DNA of 32,000 bases from Halomicronema hongdechloris C2206. Lineage in GTDB: Bacteria; Cyanobacteriota; Cyanobacteriia; Phormidesmidales; Phormidesmidaceae. How positions within the stretch are numbered: the first letter of the stretch is position 1; every line of letters begins with the position of its first letter. Positions 16,280 through 23,893 of the stretch are shown in pieces. Both the position numbers and the translations under genes were made by a program. Under the pieces are notes generated by a model. The model was not told the origin of the DNA. It searched no databases and worked only from the letters and a program-made list of their open reading frames with translations. The stretch covers positions 3,090,001 to 3,122,000 of the forward strand of contig NZ_CP021983.2 of NCBI RefSeq assembly GCF_002075285.3, in the 5' to 3' direction.

Positions 16280-17236
16280 ATGAAAGTGCTGGCAATCGGC
16301 GCGACGGGCTTCATCGGCCAGAACGTTCTCCCTCTATTGATCGACCGGGGGCATGAAGTTGCCGTGCTGCACCGGGGAGAGACGGTTCAGAGTCCGCCAG
16401 AAGACGTACGCGAGATCCGAGGTAACCGCGATCGGCTAACTGATTGCCGGGCTGAGCTCGAACGATTTGCACCCGATGTGATACTCGACCTGATCCTATA
16501 CACCGAGCAGCAGACGCAACAGATTGTCGATATCTTCCGGGGCACAGGAGGCCGGGTTGTCGCGGTCAGCAGCGGCGATGTCTATCGCAACTACGACGGA
16601 TTTCGCGGGAAAGCCACGGCTCCACCTGATCCGGTGCCGTTATTGGAGAACGCGCCGCTTCGTGAGACGCGGTATCCCTATCGGGGCCACGAAATGAACT
16701 TCGGGTACGCGCAAGACTACGAGAAGATTCTGGTCGAGCAGCTCTTGCTGGGTGAGCCAGCACTTCCCGCAACCGTCCTGCGGCTTCCTGCCGTCTACGG
16801 CCCTGGGGACAGACAGCACCGGCTGCGGCCTTACCTGCAGCGCATGACGGACCGCCAAGCTCAAATCCTCCTTGAGGAGGGACAGGCCAGCTGGCGCTGG
16901 ACGCGAGGCTTCGTCGAAAACGTTGCCGCTGCAGTGGCATTGGCGGTCATGGATCCCCGCGGCGTAGGTCATGTCTACAACGTTGGCGATGAACCCACTT
17001 TCACCGAGCGCGAGTGGGTAGAGCGAATCGCACGCGTGGCCGGTTGGGGAGGCGATGTCGTCGCAGTGCCGCGATCCGAGCTGCCGGATGATCTTCGGCA
17101 GCCGGTGGACTGGCGATTCCATCTGTGGACTGACACTGCGGCGTTGCGCTTTGACCTCGAGTACGTTTCGCCAGTCCCGCTCGACGAGGCCTTGCGGCGC
17201 ACAGTGGAATGGGAAAGGTCGGGGCTTGGGGAGTGA
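16280..17236 (+). CDS. NAD-dependent epimerase/dehydratase (extended SDR) family protein (cassette B)
   Basis: MKVLAIGATGFIGQNVLPLLIDRGHEV Rossmann motif, with SSGDVY and YAQDYEK (YxxxK-like). The start was taken at the ATG 6 nt inside the track ORF. Confidence 0.8.
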   Translation: MKVLAIGATGFIGQNVLPLLIDRGHEVAVLHRGETVQSPPEDVREIRGNRDRLTDCRAELERFAPDVILDLILYTEQQTQQIVDIFRGTGGRVVAVSSGDVYRNYDGFRGKATAPPDPVPLLENAPLRETRYPYRGHEMNFGYAQDYEKILVEQLLLGEPALPATVLRLPAVYGPGDRQHRLRPYLQRMTDRQAQILLEEGQASWRWTRGFVENVAAAVALAVMDPRGVGHVYNVGDEPTFTEREWVERIARVAGWGGDVVAVPRSELPDDLRQPVDWRFHLWTDTAALRFDLEYVSPVPLDEALRRTVEWERSGLGE

Positions 17237-17247
17237 CAGATGATGCG

Positions 17248-17313
17248 GTCTAACAAGCCGATGAAGCTGACGGTCGCCTTCGGCGCCTGCAGCTTATCGG
17301 CGAGCCGTTCGTC
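17248..17313 (+). other. attC-like site of cassette B (66 nt)
   Basis: R'' GTCTAAC is the exact complement of the cassette start G|TTAGAC. The L stems are gccgatGaagctg and cagcttatcggc, with one extrahelical G. R' is GTTCGTC. Confidence 0.7.
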
Positions 17314-17719
17314 GGCAATCGAGAGAGAAATTCTACCAAGGGTCTGACTGGCGGTGGAGCAATCGGCCGTTGTTCAGTTGAGTTCAACTCAGTGATTCCA
17401 ACTCGCGACAGGTTTCAAAAAGTTGTCGTCAGCAGCGTCAGGGTAAGTATTGTTAGCGATTGATTAAGTCTCAACAGTCCCAACAGATCCTGGCGGTTGC
17501 TTGCCTCAGGATCTTAATCGCGAATGGCGGTATCGACGAGTGCGCTCGGTGGGTGTGCGGGGTCTGCCAACTGGCCAAGGTTACGCTTTGTCAACGGTGG
17601 GTCAGTAGCCGAGGTCCCAGTCGATATCGGTGAATGGCCTAGGGTGAGTGGTTTTGAGCGATTGGTCAGTGGGATGAGTTCAGGTTGCGATCGTGGCCGC
17701 CCCCGCCAGAAGGTTGGCC

Positions 17720-17806
17720 CCCGAACCCTGTGTTGGAGCGGTCTGAGCGAAAACTATCGGCTACACTTGAAACGTGCTGCCCAGCCGCACAACTACGCCG
17801 TTATGC
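17720..17806 (+). other. attC-like site of cassette C (87 nt)
   Basis: R'' CCCGAAC ... gcggTctg / cagccgc stems (extrahelical T) ... R' GTTATGC. It resembles the sites at 19808 and 21322 in length and layout. Confidence 0.55.
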
Positions 17807-17833
17807 TGCAAGAAATCATATAAGGAGACAGAC

Positions 17834-18319
17834 ATGGCAAAAATTCCAGTGTTTTATAGCTTTCATTTTGACAATGATGTGATGCGCGTTCAGCAAATAA
17901 GAAACATTGGCATACTCGAAGGAAATTCACCCGCTTCGCCAAATGATTGGGAACGGTTGAAGCGTACAGGTGAGACTGCTGTTGAACGCTGGATTGAAGA
18001 TAATATGAAATACAAGCGCTGCGTTATAGTTTTGATCGGTTCTGATACAGCAAACAGGCCTTGGGTGAAATATGAAATTAAAAAGGCCTGGAATGATCAG
18101 CGAGCGCTCTTGGGTATTTACATCCATAATCTAAAGTGTCCCAGAAATGGTTTTAGTAAAAAAGGAAAAAATCCTTTTGATGAGCTACAGCTTGAGAGCG
18201 GAACAAAGTTGTCTTCCCTCGTTACGTGCTATGACCCTAGCCCATTGAATGCATATGATGAGATTGCTAAAAATGTTGAAAATTGGATCCGCTGGGCCAT
18301 AAAAAATAAGCAAAACTAA
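17834..18319 (+). CDS. TIR-like domain protein of the DUF1863/ThsB type (cassette D, gene 1)
   Basis: 161 aa. An AAGGAG RBS lies 6 nt upstream of the ATG. KIPVFYSFHFDNDVMRVQQIRN ... CVIVLIGSDTANRPWVKYEIKKA ... ALLGIYIHNL matches my recollection of the PF08937 pattern. Confidence 0.75.
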   Translation: MAKIPVFYSFHFDNDVMRVQQIRNIGILEGNSPASPNDWERLKRTGETAVERWIEDNMKYKRCVIVLIGSDTANRPWVKYEIKKAWNDQRALLGIYIHNLKCPRNGFSKKGKNPFDELQLESGTKLSSLVTCYDPSPLNAYDEIAKNVENWIRWAIKNKQN

Positions 18320-18323
18320 GCAC

Positions 18324-18767
18324 ATGGAAAACACTTTCCTTGATATAGACCCCGAATCATCTTCGATCCAAACTCATCTTGGAATTATTCAGAACGTGAT
18401 TCAACGAATGTCCAGTAACAGCTCGGCCTGCAAAGCTTGGTGCGTTAGCTTGGTCGCCGCTGTGTTAGTCCTAGTGGCTGATAAAGGGAAGCCGGAATAT
18501 GCATGGATAGCATTGCTTCCAATTGTAGCATTTGCGGCATTGGATACATATTACTTAGCGCTTGAGAAAGCGTTTCGCAGTTCATACAATGCATTTATCC
18601 GAAAGCTGCACAATAAGCAAATAACAGAACAGGATCTGTATTCGATTTCGCCTGTTGGCAAGATGAGTATTCTTCAAGTAGAAGCGCTAAGGTCTTTCTC
18701 TATATGGGGTTTTTATTTATCCCTTGCAGTTTTGGTATGGGTTACAAAAGCAACAGTGCTGAGTTAA
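18324..18767 (+). CDS. Small three-TM membrane protein of unknown family (cassette D, gene 2)
   Basis: 147 aa. It starts 4 nt after the gene-1 stop. Hydrophobic segments are AWCVSLVAAVLVLVA, AWIALLPIVAFAALDTYYLAL and FSIWGFYLSLAVLVWV. There is a ~35-aa polar N-terminus and a ~45-aa amphipathic loop. Confidence 0.7.
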   Translation: MENTFLDIDPESSSIQTHLGIIQNVIQRMSSNSSACKAWCVSLVAAVLVLVADKGKPEYAWIALLPIVAFAALDTYYLALEKAFRSSYNAFIRKLHNKQITEQDLYSISPVGKMSILQVEALRSFSIWGFYLSLAVLVWVTKATVLS

Positions 18768-18771
18768 ATAA

Positions 18772-18859
18772 ACCTAACATCTACTCGCAAACCAACCGCC
18801 GAGATTTGATCGGTTGTGAAGCAGTGGTTGTCTATAGAGATTGAAGCGGCAGGTTAGGC
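18772..18859 (+). other. attC-like site of cassette D (88 nt)
   Basis: R'' ACCTAAC lies 5 nt after the stop. R' GTTAGGC lies 21 nt before the next ATG. The internal stems are imperfect (atct/agat, caacc/ggttg), so this site is less canonical than the others. Confidence 0.5.
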
Positions 18860-18880
18860 TACCAGAGCACCAATATCAAT

Positions 18881-19762
18881 ATGACTAGCTACCAAAATAA
18901 ATCTGATGACTACGTTTTCATTAGCTACCGAAGAACCGATTTTGACTGGGTGAAAGCATATCTACTACCAAAGCTAAAAGTTTGGAAAGTAAATTATGTA
19001 ATAGATCACCAAGATTTTCTGCCAGGACAACGTATTGCAGGCACCATACGGGATTATATTAGATCATCTCGAAAGGTTATATTCGTATGCACAAGAGAAT
19101 TCCTCGATTCTGAATGGTGTAGAGAAGAGTTAGAAACGGCTCGTGCAGAAGACCCAGGAAGCATTCAGGGAAAATCTATTCCAGTCGTTTTAGATAAGCT
19201 CGGAGTACCTGACCTGCTAAGTGACATAATATGGTGCGATTTATCCAATGACCAAAATGATGCTAATGAATGGAGGAAATTGTGTGTTTCAATAGGTGGC
19301 AGCTGGGACGGCTACAGGGCTATTCAAGATTTGGTTGCAGCTGCAATTGGAGCAGAATACTCCGTATACAAGCAACTGCCAAAGATAAAATTGAAGAAAC
19401 TTGAAAACCATTTCGACGTGAATGGCGGAGCGTATAAAAGGATAAATAATCTCTTAGTTCAACATAGTCAGAAAAAGTGGATAATATCAAACGAACATAA
19501 CCCATCTACCTATCTAATATTAGACATTCAAGTGAAACCTAATGGAGGCGATGGGTACGTTGCCGAGACAAAGGAATATTGGTATCTTAGATGGTATTCA
19601 TTAAGGGATCAAAAATACCGACATATATACAATGAAACAAATCAGCAATTATATAAAGTTCAAAACTTGAACGGATCGTATAAAGTGGTGGACAACATTT
19701 ACCCAGCTCCTAGGAAGAGGTGGTGGCGATCAATATTAAATTACGTATTGAAGTTTAGGTAA
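18881..19762 (+). CDS. TIR domain protein with an uncharacterised ~150-aa C-terminal domain (cassette E)
   Basis: The N-terminus YVFISYRRTDFDWVKAYLLPKL ... RKVIFVCTREFLDSEWCREELETA is a classical TIR (TIR_2-like) with the conserved Glu. I cannot assign the C-terminal part (WYLRWYSLRDQKYRHIYNETNQQLYKV...). Confidence 0.8.
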   Translation: MTSYQNKSDDYVFISYRRTDFDWVKAYLLPKLKVWKVNYVIDHQDFLPGQRIAGTIRDYIRSSRKVIFVCTREFLDSEWCREELETARAEDPGSIQGKSIPVVLDKLGVPDLLSDIIWCDLSNDQNDANEWRKLCVSIGGSWDGYRAIQDLVAAAIGAEYSVYKQLPKIKLKKLENHFDVNGGAYKRINNLLVQHSQKKWIISNEHNPSTYLILDIQVKPNGGDGYVAETKEYWYLRWYSLRDQKYRHIYNETNQQLYKVQNLNGSYKVVDNIYPAPRKRWWRSILNYVLKFR

Positions 19763-19807
19763 ATGACTTAACATAATCTCTGGTGTAGACAATGCCCTGG
19801 CCCTGCC

Positions 19808-19893
19808 GCCTAACCCTACACAGGAGCGGACGGAATTTATAATCCCGGCATCGATGCAAAAATATTGGCCGCCGCTCAACTTCGACGTTATGC
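19808..19893 (+). other. attC-like site of cassette E (86 nt)
   Basis: R'' GCCTAAC is the exact complement of the cassette start G|TTAGGC (18853-18859). The L stems are gagcggAcgg and ccgccgctc, with an extrahelical A. R' is GTTATGC. Confidence 0.7.
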
Positions 19894-20002
19894 GGCTGAA
19901 GCCCTCGGTGAAGGCAATACCTGTAACCCTCGGTCAGCATTAAAGGCTGCTCTTCTACCGCTCTCTCAGTAAGCGGTGTAAGATGGCAATAAGGAGGGCA
20001 AT

Positions 20003-20230
20003 ATGAGTATTCCTATCATCGACGAGGTTGTTGAACAATTGAAGGTCATGCCTCAACCCTTGCAAAGGCAGGTGCTTGAATTCGTTCGATCGCTGGTAAA
20101 AGCGGAAGTCCGAGGTACACCAGGGCATCAATTGTTACGTTTCGCTGGTTCAATTCCCTCTGATGACCTTCAATTAATGCGTGAGGCGATCGAGCAAGAT
20201 TGTGAGCGAGTCGATATTAGTGAGTGGTAG
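20003..20230 (+). CDS. Putative antitoxin paired with the downstream PIN toxin (VapB-like)
   Basis: 75 aa. GGAGG RBS. It overlaps the PIN ORF start. The C-terminus SIPSDDLQLMREAIEQDCERVDISEW is typical of cyanobacterial PIN-associated antitoxins as I recall them. Confidence 0.6.
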   Translation: MSIPIIDEVVEQLKVMPQPLQRQVLEFVRSLVKAEVRGTPGHQLLRFAGSIPSDDLQLMREAIEQDCERVDISEW

Positions 20231-20546
20231 GTTTTTGCTCGATACCAACATCGTTATTGCACTTCTTGCAGATGAGGCGATCGTTAAAGACAATCTTGCT
20301 CAAGTCAGTGAAGTTTTCATTCCAAGCATTGTCATTGGTGAGCTGTGTTATGGAGCCAGAAAGTCAGGACGAGTTGAAGCAAACCTAGCAAGAGTTGATG
20401 AATTAGTGCGATCGCATATCGCCGTAGGTTGGGTTGAGACACGAAACCCAACACTCACAGGCTTTAGCCAGTATAATTGTACGGTGGGCATTATCTTTTC
20501 CGAGATCCTTGCTAACCCATACTCAACCTACAATGCCCACCACTGA
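20220..20546 (+). pseudogene. vapC: VapC-like PIN-domain toxin, truncated after ~62 codons by a repeat insertion
   Basis: From the GTG it reads SGRFLLDTNIVIALL ... IPSIVIGELCYGARKS ... ARVDELVRS. From ~20405 the frame runs into the HIP1 and gttgggtt hairpin repeat (HIAVGWVETRNPT). The distal PIN acidic residues are missing. Confidence 0.65.
20405..20469. repeat. ~65-nt repeat core (HIP1 plus gttgggttgagRcacgaaacccaac hairpin), copy 1
   Basis: Near-identical to 22048-22111. Both copies are followed by scattered tgcccacc motifs, suggesting a MITE-like element. Confidence 0.8.
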
Positions 20547-20638
20547 AAAAAGGTGGGCAAACAAAGCTTAGAGACGATAGCAAGGGGTGTCTATTATGGT
20601 TTTGCCCACCCTACTTCACTACTTCACTACTGACCGCT

Positions 20639-20713
20639 GGTGGCACAGATGACATCGACAACATACAGCCCCTTTGTTATCAGTGCAATTTATCCAAGTT
20701 CAATGGTCGTTGA
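20639..20713 (+). pseudogene. HNH endonuclease C-terminal remnant
   Basis: My translation gives GGTDDIDNIQPLCYQCNLSKFNGR*, an HNH NxxPLCxxCNxxK motif with no upstream ORF. Confidence 0.6.
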
Positions 20714-20721
20714 AAAGAACA

Positions 20722-21054
20722 CTAATGAAGTTCCAGACAGTGCAACTCGGGATTGTTCAAGAGTTCTTGAATTGCTGTTGCTCCGGAACGAATTAATGCT
20801 TCGACTTGATTAGTTGGTGCATTGCCACATCGCAACCAAACAACTTTGGGTGGAGAGCCATAAAGCCGACTTCTTTCAGAGAAATCTGCATCTTGCGTCA
20901 CTATGCAAAAGTCATTGAGCTTAGCAAAATCCCAGATTTCAGTATCTGTTTTCTCAGCTAGGTCATGGAATTGAACGTGGCTGGATTCAGGAAAAATATC
21001 AGCCAACCGATTAATCAGCTTACGGCTAAGGTTTTGGTCAAACAGCAGCTTCAA
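20722..21054 (-). CDS. DUF5615 (Mut7-C/PIN-like) putative toxin
   Basis: MKLLFDQNLSRKLINRL ... IVTQDADF pattern. It overlaps the upstream DUF433 gene by 4 nt. Confidence 0.65.
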   Translation of the reverse strand: MKLLFDQNLSRKLINRLADIFPESSHVQFHDLAEKTDTEIWDFAKLNDFCIVTQDADFSERSRLYGSPPKVVWLRCGNAPTNQVEALIRSGATAIQELLNNPELHCLELH

Positions 21055-21281
21055 GCAGCACTCACCGATGCAACTAAACGATGTTCGCGATCAGCTGCGA
21101 ACTCTAAACAAGCCCTAATGTCAGTTTCCGTTAATTCTGGAAAGTCGTCAATGATTTCAGCGGTAGACATACCAGCCGCTAACCAGCCCAAGACATCGTA
21201 GACCGTAATCCGCATCCGGCGGATGCATGGCTTGCCACCACGCTTATCAGGCTCAATCGTAATGATGTCGCGATAGCTCAT
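21051..21281 (-). CDS. DUF433 putative antitoxin
   Basis: IITIEPDKRGGKPCIRRMRITVYDVLGWLAAGMSTAEIIDDFPELTETDIRACLEFA is the DUF433 signature. The start may instead be 21305. Confidence 0.7.
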   Translation of the reverse strand: MSYRDIITIEPDKRGGKPCIRRMRITVYDVLGWLAAGMSTAEIIDDFPELTETDIRACLEFAADREHRLVASVSAA

Positions 21282-21321
21282 AATACGGACAGGCTGCTTG
21301 TGCATACCTAAGTCTAAAGCA

Positions 21322-21408
21322 GGCTAACACCTCGCTGCAACGGACGGCGATTAGTTGGTCGATCTGAGGCAAGAGGTTGTCTGCCGCCGTTGAGCTTCAC
21401 CGTTATAC
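21322..21408 (+). other. attC-like site of cassette F (87 nt)
   Basis: R'' GGCTAAC ... caacggAcggc / gccgccgttg stems, with an extrahelical A. The stems covary with the 19808 site (gagcgg to caacgg, ccgctc to ccgttg). R' is GTTATAC. Confidence 0.65.
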
Positions 21409-21515
21409 GGATGAGACTTGCCGTGTAATGGTTTTGTATCTATTACGATCCCAGATGTAGCAAATCTACCAGTCCTAGAACACAGGACCTTCTAATAAGC
21501 AAGCCTAGAGTTACT

Positions 21516-21992
21516 ATGCTGTTCAAACTAGTCAGAGGGGGAATTGCCGGAGCCATAGCCTTTGCTATAGCTAATGTTGTTAGCAATCTCTTATTTTTCC
21601 AAATTGGTAAGCCAATTCTCTTTGATCCAGATATACAGAGTGAAAAATTTATAGCGGTTTTATTTGAGCTGGAACCGCTTCCCTTGATGTTTACTAACAG
21701 CCCCCTCTACATGGCAATTGTTACGGTTATCGGCATTGTGCATGGATTAGTCTTTACCTATATTGAACCAAGTTTCCCCAAAAGCACAATCAAACGCGGT
21801 GTTGCATTCGCTGTGATTTTGTGGGCTTTGATGGCGTTATATTTCGAGTTCCACACGCCGTTTAACATGTTCCATGAGCCGGTATCGCTTCTACTGCTTG
21901 AACTATTCTTCTGGGTCATGGTGCTATTGGTCGAGGGGATACTGATTTCCTTAATGTATGGTGCGAGTCGATCTCCATCCAGGCGACGGTGA
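21516..21992 (+). CDS. Hypothetical 4-TM membrane protein
   Basis: 158-aa ORF with four hydrophobic segments. AT-rich. I recognise no family. Confidence 0.55.
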   Translation: MLFKLVRGGIAGAIAFAIANVVSNLLFFQIGKPILFDPDIQSEKFIAVLFELEPLPLMFTNSPLYMAIVTVIGIVHGLVFTYIEPSFPKSTIKRGVAFAVILWALMALYFEFHTPFNMFHEPVSLLLLELFFWVMVLLVEGILISLMYGASRSPSRRR

Positions 21993-22047
21993 TGAGGCCT
22001 TCAGCCTCAAACCCCACCTTTGCCAACTGTACTCAACCATACAACGC

Positions 22048-22111
22048 AGTGCGATCGCATATCACCGTAGATTGGGTTGAGGCACGAAACCCAACACCCT
22101 CAGGCTAAGCC
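22048..22111. repeat. ~65-nt repeat core, copy 2
   Basis: agtgcgatcgcatatcaccgtagattgggttgaggcacgaaacccaacaccctcaggctaagcc; compare 20405-20469. Confidence 0.8.
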
Positions 22112-22330
22112 ATCACTACTCACAGGTAACAGACGCAAGTGGTGAGTAAGGTGGATAAACATCTTGTCGATAACCTTGGCAAAGCTCAAAAATCTCAACT
22201 TGCCCACCCATTTTAGGAGAAAGTTGGCATTGAACAGATCACAGATACCATCAAAGTCTTAGATAAGGCAATGCCCACTCTACTCACCACCGCTAACCTT
22301 CTAGTTTTCACCATGTAACCAGGAGATCAA

Positions 22331-23200
22331 ATGACGAGCACAAGTACGGTTTACGTGGTGCTAGCGGCTCTCTGCTGGGGGGTATCAGGCGGGATCGGCG
22401 GTATTTTGATGGCCGACGGCTGGGACGCATTCGTGGTGTCGTTCTACCGGGGCGTGATCGGTCTGCTGTTCGTCTTCGTCTGGCTAGCGTTGCGCCCGAG
22501 TGGTAGCGGATTGGCCAGTCGCCAATTATGGTTCTGGTCAGCGATTGCCGGTCTCGGCGTAGCTGGCAATTTCGCGTTTTATTTCGTGAGCATCGCGCAG
22601 GGCAGTATCGCGATTGCGGCTACACTGATGTACTGCGCACCCGTGTTCGTGTATCTCGTGTCATTCGCACTAAAGCTCGAAAGACCCACCGCGTTGAATT
22701 TGGCCGCGATCGCGGTAGTGATGTTTGGCATTGTGTTACTTACCCAGATTTACGATGTCGGCGCGGGCAGTGTCACGTCGATCGGTGTGGGTGCCGGGCT
22801 GCTTGCCGGGCTGTCCTACGCGGTATTTATTCTCGGCTTCAAGTATGCGGCACCGCACGGCAGCCCGCAGGCGATTCTCACGATAGCGTTCGCAGTACTT
22901 GCCACCATCCTGATCTGGCCGGGCGATGTCAATCAGACCGTTGGAGTCCTAAGCACGCCGGATTGGCCGCTGTTCGTGGCACTGGGCGTGTTTGGCGCGG
23001 GATTATCGTTCGTCCTTTATATCGTCGGCCTGAACCGTATCGCACCGGCCATAGCCTCAATCCTGGCAATGATCGAACCCGTCATCGCGTCGCTATTCGG
23101 CGTAGTGGTCTTAAATGAAAGCCTGGTAGGCCCACAAATCTTCGGCATGGGACTGATTTTGGTCACAGTGACTGCATTGAGCGTTGATTCAAACGTTTGA
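22331..23200 (+). CDS. EamA/DMT-superfamily transporter
   Basis: 289 aa. About 10 TM segments in two EamA-like halves. GGAG RBS. Confidence 0.7.
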   Translation: MTSTSTVYVVLAALCWGVSGGIGGILMADGWDAFVVSFYRGVIGLLFVFVWLALRPSGSGLASRQLWFWSAIAGLGVAGNFAFYFVSIAQGSIAIAATLMYCAPVFVYLVSFALKLERPTALNLAAIAVVMFGIVLLTQIYDVGAGSVTSIGVGAGLLAGLSYAVFILGFKYAAPHGSPQAILTIAFAVLATILIWPGDVNQTVGVLSTPDWPLFVALGVFGAGLSFVLYIVGLNRIAPAIASILAMIEPVIASLFGVVVLNESLVGPQIFGMGLILVTVTALSVDSNV

Positions 23201-23280
23201 CAAACATCTACATCTTCTTAACCACTAGCTGAGTAGCGTTTCGATCGAGGACCCAACTGTCTATAGCGATCCTATTTGAA

Positions 23281-23893
23281 TTATGAGAATCGACCGTACT
23301 GATGCATCTTTGGAAAATCAAACACATCAAGCTTGAAAAACTGCTCAAATAGCGCCTTGAGGGCTGTAAAACAAGGCTTCAGTCCGGCTAACGACCGTAG
23401 CCATGTCTTCGCCTGCAACCAGACATCCTCAATCGGATTCTGACTCGGGTCGTTGGGCGCAAAGCGGACACAGTGAATGTGCCACTGGGCTTCTGGCAAG
23501 CCCTGATTGACCTCTTTGAGAAAAGCTTGTAGGTCTTTGGAACGATGGTAGCTGGCTCCATCCCACACCACGAGTAATCGTTGACCAGCAAACTGCTGCT
23601 GCAAAAACTTGAGATAAGCAATGGTGCACGTCGTGTTGCCTGCTGGATGGGCGGCTAGCAACACCCGCTTGCTCAGCAAGTCAAGGGCGCCATAGTAAGT
23701 CTCACGCCTTCGGCTTCATAGGCGAGTTTCCAGTTACTGATAGAGCCCATCGAGACGTCCAAGATGACCACAATCGCTTCATAGCCCCCTGATACAACAG
23801 CTTGACGGCCAGCGCTTGCTTCACCTGTCGCCCGTCTCTCTCTTTACTGATGAACGCTTTGAGTTCTTCTATCTCAGCCGTTGTGCTTTGCTC
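23281..23893 (-). pseudogene. IS630-family transposase remnant (frameshifted HTH fragment joined to the DDE C-terminal half)
   Basis: The C-terminal ORF reads LLVVWDGASYHRSKDL ... FAPNDPSQNPIEDVWLQAK (DDE_3-like). An in-frame stop sits at 23716-23718. Upstream fragments EIEELKAFISKERDGRQVKQALAVKLLYQG and YEAIVVILDVSMGSISNWKLAYEAEGV lie in two different frames. Confidence 0.75.

Larger units (their letters stand above)
15688..21408 (+). mobile_element. Integron-type gene-cassette array (at least 6 cassettes); no integrase in the window
   Basis: Crossover G|TT positions sit at 15688/9, 16253/4, 17307/8, 17800/1, 18853/4, 19887/8 and 21402/3. Each cassette carries a 3' imperfect hairpin with RYYYAAC...GTTRRRY boxes. 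See the attC features and findings. Confidence 0.7.

Noticed and set aside
17524-17823. 99-aa ORF upstream of the TIR-like gene
   Set aside because: It reads through the attC-like hairpin and ends in the next cassette's RBS region. Its composition is atypical and I recognise no motif.
17834-19762. Canonical Thoeris (ThsA plus ThsB) annotation
   Set aside because: No SIR2-, SLOG- or Macro-domain ThsA-like gene is present in or near the locus. In addition, an attC-like site splits the three genes into two cassettes. The locus is therefore reported as a candidate non-canonical system.
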